From contig JAYVCI010000246.1 in assembly GCA_043750035.1 (NCBI GenBank), forward strand, positions 1 through 58,369: a DNA stretch of 58,369 bases. The letters run 5' to 3'. A model generated the notes under the pieces. It did no database searches. It was not told the origin of the DNA and was given only the letters and a program-made list of their open reading frames with translations. Shown here piece after piece: positions 17,682 through 25,352 of this stretch (the first letter of the stretch is position 1; each line of letters begins with the position of its first letter). This DNA comes from Chitinophagaceae bacterium (GTDB taxonomy: Bacteria; Bacteroidota; Bacteroidia; UKL13-3). Both the position numbers and the translations under genes were made by a program.

Positions 17682-18704
17682 TTACTTAATTAGTTGGTCC
17701 CAGAATACTTCTTCTCCTCCTAAATTGTTTTTATAATAAATCATGCTGTCTTTCTCCTTATATGCTGCCACATTACCTTCCATTGGGCTTCTCAGGTCTT
17801 CACTTCTCATAAGGAAACATTGTTTCTGGTTAACCAATTCGTGTTTACCACAAAAATCTGATATATATATATCTTTGATATCTTTGGAATCTATAGCTCC
17901 AGATTTGATATCAGAAATTAAACAATGGGCTTCGTCATATTTGTGTATTTTCCCTTTTTTAGTGATTGCTTCAGTTCCAAATCTGACATCGCTGATGGCC
18001 ATTTTACAGAACTGGCATTTGTCAACTCCTACTTTTATAGGATCAGGTGAGACATTGCAACTTGGTAAGGTTAATACAATAAAAAGTAATAAAACTGTTG
18101 CTATATTTTTTTTAGTGGTCTTCATTTTCTTCATTTTTCTATAATCCATTATTATGCAAAACAATAACATTACACCCACACTTACAAATATCCAGCCCCC
18201 AATATGGGGTACAGAATAAGCCCCAAAATTCAATAATTGCTTGAATCCGATTAAAGGTGGCTGGTAGGTCATATCTGGCACTATGATAGCAGCTTCCGGG
18301 TTTAAGTTATGTCCGTAATCGTATTCCCATTTCCAAAAATCTGCCATTGCTATTATACCAAAAACTAAGAACATTACAAACAAAATATTCATCAATTTTC
18401 TGTTGCGAAGTATTGCAACTATTATAAATAAACCGGCAAAAGAACTAATAATATAGGGTAGGATGGTAAACTCGATAAAATCTTCTGTATGCAAAGTTTT
18501 CATGCCTATATAATGATTCAACCCATTGATGATATCTACATTGCCACCAAGTTTATCAGTATATATTAATAACCGCAACCCTTCTGGATATTGGGGTGCA
18601 TCTAAATCTATCATCCACATAGGTACATATAATACTACTATTAATGCTACCCCACATAAGGCCAATACAATTCTAATCCAGTTTTGAAATGGATGCTTTT
18701 TCAT
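17682..18704 (-). CDS. nosL: nosB-like membrane domain and NosL copper chaperone lipoprotein in one reading frame
   Basis: 340 aa. Residues 1-190 are polytopic membrane. Residues 191-340 start with a complete lipoprotein signal (MKKMKTTKKNIATVLLLFIVLTLPSC) followed by NosL motifs (DKCQFCKMAISDVRFG, YDEAHC). The internal ATG is at 18132..18134. Confidence 0.7.
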   Translation of the reverse strand: MKKHPFQNWIRIVLALCGVALIVVLYVPMWMIDLDAPQYPEGLRLLIYTDKLGGNVDIINGLNHYIGMKTLHTEDFIEFTILPYIISSFAGLFIIVAILRNRKLMNILFVMFLVFGIIAMADFWKWEYDYGHNLNPEAAIIVPDMTYQPPLIGFKQLLNFGAYSVPHIGGWIFVSVGVMLLFCIIMDYRKMKKMKTTKKNIATVLLLFIVLTLPSCNVSPDPIKVGVDKCQFCKMAISDVRFGTEAITKKGKIHKYDEAHCLISDIKSGAIDSKDIKDIYISDFCGKHELVNQKQCFLMRSEDLRSPMEGNVAAYKEKDSMIYYKNNLGGEEVFWDQLIK

Positions 18705-18728
18705 AGGAGTTAATTTTTGTGATTATTA

Positions 18729-18782
18729 TAAAAAAAGATTGAGTTGTAATGGTATTATATGATACCAATTACAACTCAATCT
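18729..18782 (-). terminator. Strong hairpin plus T-run immediately after nosZ (intra-operon terminator or attenuator)
   Basis: On the minus strand: AGATTGAGTTGTAATTGGTAT-CATATA-ATACCATTACAACTCAATCT, followed by TTTTTTAT. Confidence 0.6.
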
Positions 18783-18797
18783 ATAAAGTATATATAT

Positions 18798-20786
18798 CTA
18801 TGGATTTGGATTATCCGCTTTGGGCTGGTTTTTACCTGTACTAAATAATAAGGGCACATTGCTTCCTGCTGGAGACACTCTTATATAACCCGACATTTCT
18901 TGGTGCAATGCACTACAAAAATCTGTGCAATACATTGGGAATATTCCAACTTTATCTGGCACCCATTTTAAGGTTTGTGTTTCGCCGGGCATAATGAGTA
19001 ATTCAGCATTGGCGGCACCTTTTACAGCAAATCCATGAGGCACATCCCAATCTTGTTCTAGGTTGGTAATATGGAAATATACCACATCACCCATCCGTAT
19101 GCCTTCTATATTATCAGGTGCAAAATGTGAACGGATAGCTGTGGCATATATATGAACTTCATTGCCTTGTCGTACCACTTTGCTCATTGCTTCTCCTTTG
19201 GTAACATAAGGATGCATATTTTCTTCTATTTTAAATATTTTTACCTGTTTATTTTTTAATAAATCTGCCGTTACTGCTTGTGCATAATGTGGCTCCCCAA
19301 TTGTAGGATAATCTAATATCAATTGCATCTTTTCGCCACTGATATCATATAACTGTGCACTTTGTGCAAGCTCTGGGCCTGTTGGCAGATAGCGGTCTTT
19401 GGTAATTTTATTATAGGCTATTAAGTATTTTGCATTGGGGGTTTTGCTATCCCCACCTGGTATACATAAGTGCCCTACAGAATAATAAGTAGCTACCCTG
19501 TCCAATACTTTTAAATCTTTAATATTCCACTTTACCACTTCCGAAGAAACGAACATAGATGTATATGCATTTCCTTTTCCATCAAATTCAGTATGCAATG
19601 GGCCTAAGCCTGGTTTTTTAACTTCGCCATATAATGCAGCTTCGTATTTAATTACAGGGATACCATCATAGTCGCCCGCGAAATTTTTAGCAGCTATCGC
19701 ACTTTGTATTTTATCAAAACTAAATACTGGAATTAATGCAGCTAGTTTACCACTGCCTACTATATACTCGCCAGTTGGGTCCACATCGCATCCGTGTGGC
19801 GATTTGGGACAAGGGATAAAGTAACATATATCTTTCAATTCTTTTGAATCGAGAACGATTACTTCTGTTTTAATTTCGGATGTTGCACTGTGTTTTTTAT
19901 CACTATATACATTATGGGCATATTTTACCGCTTGCTTTCTTCCTTTTCCAGCTTTTAAATATTCTTCGGCTTTTTTCCAATTTACGGCCATTATAAAATC
20001 TTTGTCTTTTTGTGAAGCATTTACTTCTAATAAAGTATTGGCTTGTTCGGTATTATAACATGAGAAGAAAAACCAACCATGTGATTTCCCCTTACCAGCA
20101 CGACTCAAATCGAAGTTTACCCCTGGGCATTGAATTTGGAAAGCTATATCCATTTTGCCATCTTCCTTACCCACACTTACAAAACTTAAAGTCCCTTTAA
20201 AATTTTTCTTATAGGTATTGATAGGCACATCTCCATTTACATCATCAGGCGGAACACTAAACCTTGTACCAGCCACTATATACTCCGTGTTTTCTGTAAT
20301 AAAAGGCGAAGAGTGATTGCCGCCACTATTGGGCAACTCGATTATTTCTTGTGTGCGAAAAGTAGTTAAGTCAATACGTGCAATACGGGGTGTATTATTG
20401 GCATTTCCAAACACCCAGCGTCCATCATATTCGCCACCCGTTTTTGAAAGTTGTACATGGTGCAAATCATCCCAAGGCACAAAACCATGTGAGGTGTTTA
20501 GCATAGGTTTGGTTTCTTCTGAATAACCATAACCTTTTTCAGGATCAACAGAAAATACGGGTATTACACGAAGCAAACGACCTGATGGCAAGCCATAAGC
20601 ACTCATTTGCCCACTGAAACCACCACTTACAAAATTATAGAATTCATCATACTTTCCTGGTGCAACATAAGTTTTTGCAGCGGCGTCGCCACTTACAGCA
20701 TTACTTGCATTTTTTGGTTTACAACCACTTGTGGCCATCAATACAACTACAGTTGCAATTGATAGTATATTTAATTTATTTTTCAT
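18798..20786 (-). CDS. nosZ: Nitrous-oxide reductase, clade II (Sec-dependent)
   Basis: 662 aa. The N-terminus is a lipoprotein/Sec signal (MATSGC) with no twin-arginine. It has a seven-blade propeller region and the C-terminal CuA motif CTDFCSALHQEMSGY. Confidence 0.95.
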   Translation of the reverse strand: MKNKLNILSIATVVVLMATSGCKPKNASNAVSGDAAAKTYVAPGKYDEFYNFVSGGFSGQMSAYGLPSGRLLRVIPVFSVDPEKGYGYSEETKPMLNTSHGFVPWDDLHHVQLSKTGGEYDGRWVFGNANNTPRIARIDLTTFRTQEIIELPNSGGNHSSPFITENTEYIVAGTRFSVPPDDVNGDVPINTYKKNFKGTLSFVSVGKEDGKMDIAFQIQCPGVNFDLSRAGKGKSHGWFFFSCYNTEQANTLLEVNASQKDKDFIMAVNWKKAEEYLKAGKGRKQAVKYAHNVYSDKKHSATSEIKTEVIVLDSKELKDICYFIPCPKSPHGCDVDPTGEYIVGSGKLAALIPVFSFDKIQSAIAAKNFAGDYDGIPVIKYEAALYGEVKKPGLGPLHTEFDGKGNAYTSMFVSSEVVKWNIKDLKVLDRVATYYSVGHLCIPGGDSKTPNAKYLIAYNKITKDRYLPTGPELAQSAQLYDISGEKMQLILDYPTIGEPHYAQAVTADLLKNKQVKIFKIEENMHPYVTKGEAMSKVVRQGNEVHIYATAIRSHFAPDNIEGIRMGDVVYFHITNLEQDWDVPHGFAVKGAANAELLIMPGETQTLKWVPDKVGIFPMYCTDFCSALHQEMSGYIRVSPAGSNVPLLFSTGKNQPKADNPNP

Positions 20787-20797
20787 AATATATATTT

Positions 20798-21307
20798 TTA
20801 TTTAATTCCATCATTCTCTCTCATAAACTCTAATAAACTTCTGGCATCATTATCGCTCAAACTTTGATTGGGCATACGCACCAAACACAGTTCTAACAGT
20901 GCCTGAGCCTTTGGGTCTTTGGTAAGCATCTCGTCAGTATTGGTGATAAAATTCATTATCCATGCGGGTTGATAACGTTTGGTTACTCCTTGCCATCCCG
21001 GCCCTACAAGTTTTTCATCCGTTAGTTTATGGCATGAAGAGCATTTTACATCAGAAACCTTTTTACCTGCATCGGCCATATTTTTATCTAGTTTATCGGC
21101 TAGTTTCACATCCGTAAATTTACCTGTTCCTCTGTTTGGGTCGTACGAAGGATTGCCTTTTGATTCAGCGGGTGCTTCCGTACTCGGTTTTGTATTGGGA
21201 TCTTCTGCTGTTTGTTTATCATTGCTCGAAGGGCTACTTGAGCAAGCAACTATAAACATTCCAAAAACCAATATTAGGCTGATTGCAACAATTTTTCTGA
21301 CGGTCAT
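20798..21307 (-). CDS. Monohaem cytochrome c lipoprotein, first gene of the nos operon (nosC-type)
   Basis: 169 aa with the lipobox FIVAC, a low-complexity linker and the haem motif CSSCH. It lies 11 nt upstream of nosZ. Confidence 0.75.
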   Translation of the reverse strand: MTVRKIVAISLILVFGMFIVACSSSPSSNDKQTAEDPNTKPSTEAPAESKGNPSYDPNRGTGKFTDVKLADKLDKNMADAGKKVSDVKCSSCHKLTDEKLVGPGWQGVTKRYQPAWIMNFITNTDEMLTKDPKAQALLELCLVRMPNQSLSDNDARSLLEFMRENDGIK

Positions 21308-21364
21308 AATTTTTTTATCTTTTATTTATATGCAATATTATCGTGAATAAAAGATTGTATTTTA

Positions 21365-21376
21365 TGATTGCAATCA
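21365..21376. promoter_or_regulatory. Crp/Fnr-type box TGATTGCAATCA upstream of nosC
   Basis: Perfect TGAT-N4-ATCA within TATGATTGCAATCATA. The centre is 34.5 nt from the ATTG core of the -7-like TAATATTG (minus strand, 21333..21340), a class II-like position. Confidence 0.6.
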
Positions 21377-21500
21377 TACCACTATATTGTTCTGCGACAC
21401 CCCATTAATTATTTTAGTTCATCAACGCTCTCAAAAATCAATAATAGCATACATTCACAGCATATTGATTGTTATATTTATAACTCAAAAAAATATTTAC

Positions 21501-21512
21501 TGATTTATATCA
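21501..21512. promoter_or_regulatory. Crp/Fnr-type box TGATTTATATCA upstream of the Crp/Fnr gene
   Basis: Perfect palindrome. The centre is 55.5 nt from the TTTG of a perfect TAATTTTG (21558..21565), a class I-like position two helical turns further out. Confidence 0.55.
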
Positions 21513-21584
21513 TAATTGAACCTGTCGAAGGTTATATTCTTTAATTGGGGGCACATCTAATTTTGAACCATTAAAGATACGATT

Positions 21585-22178
21585 ATGATAGATATTAATA
21601 CATTAATTGCTTGGGGTGGTGCTTATAAAAAATATGATGCAGAAGATACTATATTTTTAGAAGAATCTACTTGTTACTATTATTATCAATTAGTTAAAGG
21701 TAAGGTTTTGTGGATGAACATGAACGATGATGGGAAAGAATTTATACAAAACTTGATTGAACCAGATGAATGTTTTGGCGAACTACCCTTGTTTGACGGA
21801 GGCCCGTATGCAGCATCAGCAATTGCTCTAGAAGATTGTATGGTGATAAGACTGCCCCGTGACAGGTTTACTCAACTAATTAAAGAAAACTCAGAAATTC
21901 TTATACATTTTACTTGTTTATTGGCACAAAGACTTAGGTATAAATTCTTATTGCTTAAAACTATTGCATTCGAAAATCCAGAAATGAGAATTTCTACTTT
22001 ATTAAATCATTACAAAAGTACCCACTACAATGTTCCACATCAACCTTTTCAGGTAAATCTTACCCGTCAACAGATTGCGAACATGACCGGACTGAGGGTT
22101 GAAACTGTTATTAGAACAATAAGAAACCTAAATGACAAAGGCGAGTTACGGATAGACCATGGCAAAGTATTTATGTAA
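21585..22178 (+). CDS. Crp/Fnr family transcriptional regulator
   Basis: 197 aa with a cNMP-binding-like beta-barrel (CFGELPLFDGGPY) and a C-terminal HTH with the recognition helix RVETVIRTIRNL (E--xR pattern as in FNR/Dnr). There is no N-terminal Cys cluster for an FNR-type Fe-S centre. Confidence 0.85.
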   Translation: MIDINTLIAWGGAYKKYDAEDTIFLEESTCYYYYQLVKGKVLWMNMNDDGKEFIQNLIEPDECFGELPLFDGGPYAASAIALEDCMVIRLPRDRFTQLIKENSEILIHFTCLLAQRLRYKFLLLKTIAFENPEMRISTLLNHYKSTHYNVPHQPFQVNLTRQQIANMTGLRVETVIRTIRNLNDKGELRIDHGKVFM

Positions 22179-22181
22179 TTA

Positions 22182-22193
22182 TGATTTCAATCA
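22182..22193. promoter_or_regulatory. Crp/Fnr-type box TGATTTCAATCA upstream of the Nor-like module
   Basis: Perfect palindrome 4 nt after the regulator's stop codon. A perfect TAAATTTG abuts it (22194..22201). A weaker TAATTTG (22219..22225) has its TTTG 34.5 nt from the centre. Confidence 0.55.
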
Positions 22194-22238
22194 TAAATTT
22201 GCAATAGGGTTTTTTGGGTAATTTGCCCTAAATATTCA

Positions 22239-23447
22239 ATGAAGTTTGTCAATCACAAATGGCTTCGGATAGCCCTCATCAACTTAAATATTATTGCTTT
22301 GATAGGTGTAGTACTTAGGTACAAAATTGCATTCTCCCTTCCATTTATCGATCAAAAACAATTATTGCAAGGGCATTCTCATTTTGCATTTGCTGGTTGG
22401 ATTACACAAGCTTTGATGGCTTTATTGGTTGATTACTTATACAGAAGTGGCAATGAAAATGCATATAAAAAATATGCGTGGATTTTAATAGCGAATTTAA
22501 TTACGGCTTATGGTATGTTGGCTGCTTTTCCAGTAGCAGGTTATAATATTTTTTCAATTACTTTTTCTACACTCTGTGTTTTCGTTTCTTATATATTTAC
22601 TGTTGTATATTGGAAAGATTTGAATAAACTGAAACGAGATGCCGTGAGCCATTTGTGGTTTAAAGCAGCTTTGGTATTTAATGTAATGTCTTCCCTTGGG
22701 GCATTTAGTTTGGCGTATATGATGGCCAATCAATTAGTTCAACAAAAGTGGTATCTGTCATCTATATATTTTTTTTTACATTTTCAATATAATGGTTGGT
22801 TCTTTTTTGCTTGCATGGGTTTATTAATGGGTAAACTATATACATTGGGAATCGTAAATGAAGCATTTAAGAAAATATTTTGGCTCTTTTTAATTGCTTG
22901 TGCCCCTGCTTATTTTCTATCGGTACTGTGGATGTCTATCCCTATCTGGGTTTATTGGATTGTAGTATTTTCTGCATTGGCACAAGTTGGTGCCTGGATT
23001 TGGCTGGTAAAAATTATAGCACCTATCAAAAAAAATATTTCTACCCTCGGAAAGGTATTATTGATAGTATCTGGAATTGCATTAAGTGTAAAATTACTGC
23101 TCCAACTTGGCTCTACCTATCCGCCATTAAGTAATTTGGCATTTGGGTTTAGGCCTATCGTTATTGGTTACCTGCATTTGGTGCTATTGGGTGTTATTAC
23201 TGTTTTTATTTTGGGATATATAGTTTCGCAAAAATTGATTCTATTAACTAAAATAAGCAAAATTGGAATCATTATTTTTACATTTGGGATATTCTTTAAC
23301 GAATTATTATTAATGGTTCAAGGGATAGCCGCATTAAAATATGAAAGTGTTCCGTACATTAATGAAATGCTTTTATTTGCAGCATTGATAATGTTTATTG
23401 GCACGGCACTTTTGGTACGAGGTCAATTTAGAACTATGTTGAATTAG
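22239..23447 (+). CDS. Polytopic membrane protein of unknown function (at best NnrS-like)
   Basis: 402 aa with ~12 TM segments and membrane-embedded His motifs (GHSHFAFAGW, LHFQYNGW, GYLHLVLLG). It is the first gene of the Nor-like module. Confidence 0.6.
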   Translation: MKFVNHKWLRIALINLNIIALIGVVLRYKIAFSLPFIDQKQLLQGHSHFAFAGWITQALMALLVDYLYRSGNENAYKKYAWILIANLITAYGMLAAFPVAGYNIFSITFSTLCVFVSYIFTVVYWKDLNKLKRDAVSHLWFKAALVFNVMSSLGAFSLAYMMANQLVQQKWYLSSIYFFLHFQYNGWFFFACMGLLMGKLYTLGIVNEAFKKIFWLFLIACAPAYFLSVLWMSIPIWVYWIVVFSALAQVGAWIWLVKIIAPIKKNISTLGKVLLIVSGIALSVKLLLQLGSTYPPLSNLAFGFRPIVIGYLHLVLLGVITVFILGYIVSQKLILLTKISKIGIIIFTFGIFFNELLLMVQGIAALKYESVPYINEMLLFAALIMFIGTALLVRGQFRTMLN

Positions 23448-23458
23448 TATATACAAAA

Positions 23459-23878
23459 ATGAAAAAATCCTGGCAAAAATATATTTTTACAATATTAGTA
23501 ATTGCTTTTTTTAGTTATTCTATACTATTATATTCAAATGATAATTATAACTATCAAGTTAACTATGACAAGGCAAAGGCAATAGAAGGGCAGTTGGTAT
23601 GGCAAAAATATAATTGCCAAAGCTGCCATCAATTATATGGACTAGGTGGCTATCTAGGCCCTGACCTAACGAATATAATATCAGCCAAAGGAAAAGATAA
23701 ACAATATATTTCTGCTATGGTTAAGTCTGGTTCCAAACAAATGCCCGCATTCAATCTTCAAAAAAATGAAAATGATAATTTGATTGCATTTCTAAAAGCA
23801 ACAAATGCTTCGGGAACAGCCGATCCCAGAACCTATACCGCTCATTTCAATGGAATGATTACAAAAAATGGAAACTAA
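23459..23878 (+). CDS. Membrane-anchored monohaem cytochrome c (NorC/CcoO-like small subunit)
   Basis: 139 aa with an N-terminal TM anchor, the haem motif CQSCH and a candidate distal Met in KQMPAF. Confidence 0.75.
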   Translation: MKKSWQKYIFTILVIAFFSYSILLYSNDNYNYQVNYDKAKAIEGQLVWQKYNCQSCHQLYGLGGYLGPDLTNIISAKGKDKQYISAMVKSGSKQMPAFNLQKNENDNLIAFLKATNASGTADPRTYTAHFNGMITKNGN

Positions 23879-25205
23879 AGAACGTCCTAATCTAGGTCTA
23901 TATTTTCTTGCATCTGCTTTATTGATGTTGATATTGGGATTGATTTTCGGGGTATTGGCTGCTCTTAATTATATAATACCAGGCTTCTCACAAGATTATC
24001 TGGGTTTTATACAATTACGACCTTTGCATGTTTCATGTATTATATTTTTTATATTGCTAGGAGCAAGCGGTTGTGTATATTGTGGGTTGCAGGCTATCCA
24101 TCCCAAAACAGTCTCAAAACCATTGGCCTATATTCAATTAATATTATGGTGGATCGCCATTATTTGTATACTAAGTTCTTATTTTCAGCAACAATTTGGA
24201 GGAAGAGAATATTGGGAATTCCCTCCTAGATATGCAATCATCATCGTATTGGCATGGTTAATTTTTCTAGTTAATTTTTTTATCGTTGCCGTTCAAATAA
24301 AAAAATGGCCTGTATATATTTGGATGTGGATGACAGGAATTTTGTTTTTTCTTTTCACCTTTATCGAAAATTATCTTTGGGAATTTCCATACTTTAGAGA
24401 GCACTTTATCAAAGATCTCACAATTCAATGGAAGGCAAATGGCTCATTAGTAGGTTCGTGGAATCAACTTATATATGGTACTGCATTCTACTTAATGGAA
24501 CGCATAAGTGGCAATCGCAGCAACGCAAAATCAAACTTGGCTTTTGCATTGTATTTCTTGGGATTGTTTAATTTGATGTTCAATTGGGGGCATCATATTT
24601 ATACATTACCTACCGAAAGCTATATTCGATATGTGAGTTATATTGTAAGCATGACCGAATGGATATTTTTACTCCGGATTTTTTATACTTATAGAAATAC
24701 TTTAACAACTGCAAAAAAGAATTTTCATTATTTCCCCTATCGTTTTTTAATTGCTTCCGAAATCTGGATACTATTAAACATGGCACTTGCCATCATCATG
24801 TCAGTGCCTGCATTCAACTTATACACGCATGGCACACATGTAACAGTAGCACATGCTATGGGAACTACCATAGGAATAAATACAATGATATTACTAGCAG
24901 CTTTCTTGGAGTTTTTTATGCCCCATAATGAGGAATATATCAAGGGTTCAAAAGTATTAAAAATATTGTATTGGGTTACGCAGTTTTCCTTATTAATTTT
25001 TTGGCTCACTTTAATTATCATTGGAATTAAAAAGGGATTGTGGCAAATGGGGGCTCAAACTGCTTCTTTTGGTATGATGATGCAAAGCCTTCAAAATTGG
25101 CTTTATATATTTGTATTTGCCGGAAGTATTTTAATGGTGTCAATAAGTATGATTTCGATTGTTTTACTTAAGTCATTTTTTAGAAAAAAAGAAAGTGATT
25201 CGTAA
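23868..25205 (+). CDS. Haem-copper oxidase superfamily subunit I, divergent NorB/CcoN-like
   Basis: 445 aa with 12 TM segments. It has RPLH54, NWGH242H243IYT and HGTHVTVAH329AM331. The start overlaps the upstream cytochrome c gene by 11 nt. Confidence 0.75.
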   Translation: METKERPNLGLYFLASALLMLILGLIFGVLAALNYIIPGFSQDYLGFIQLRPLHVSCIIFFILLGASGCVYCGLQAIHPKTVSKPLAYIQLILWWIAIICILSSYFQQQFGGREYWEFPPRYAIIIVLAWLIFLVNFFIVAVQIKKWPVYIWMWMTGILFFLFTFIENYLWEFPYFREHFIKDLTIQWKANGSLVGSWNQLIYGTAFYLMERISGNRSNAKSNLAFALYFLGLFNLMFNWGHHIYTLPTESYIRYVSYIVSMTEWIFLLRIFYTYRNTLTTAKKNFHYFPYRFLIASEIWILLNMALAIIMSVPAFNLYTHGTHVTVAHAMGTTIGINTMILLAAFLEFFMPHNEEYIKGSKVLKILYWVTQFSLLIFWLTLIIIGIKKGLWQMGAQTASFGMMMQSLQNWLYIFVFAGSILMVSISMISIVLLKSFFRKKESDS

Positions 25206-25254
25206 ACCAATTTCATCATTCATAACTAGGTTCATTGGTTTCATACTTAAGATG

Positions 25255-25266
25255 TGACCATAAGCA
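25255..25266. promoter_or_regulatory. Degenerate Crp/Fnr-type box (TGACCATAAGCA, two mismatches) upstream of the RIC gene
   Basis: The centre is 34.5 nt from the TTTG of TTTATTTG (25291..25298). The spacing matches the strong sites, but the box itself is weak. Confidence 0.3.
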
Positions 25267-25352
25267 TAAAATCGTGCATAGATTATAACCTTTATTTGTA
25301 TTGGGTTACTAAATATTTCCCAATTACTATTTAAACTTTATAATATATAAAA

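Noticed and set aside
18798-20786. Tat-dependent (clade I) NosZ.
   Set aside because: The N-terminus has no twin-arginine motif and looks like a Sec/lipoprotein signal. The cluster content (an upstream cytochrome c and a nosB-like membrane domain) fits clade II.
22194-22201. Perfect TAAATTTG abutting the 22182 box, considered as the promoter of the Nor-like module. Under that reading the box would act as a repressor site.
   Set aside because: I have not fully rejected this. I favour the weaker TAATTTG at 22219..22225 only because it reproduces the 34.5-nt phasing seen at six other sites. Transcription-start mapping is needed to decide.
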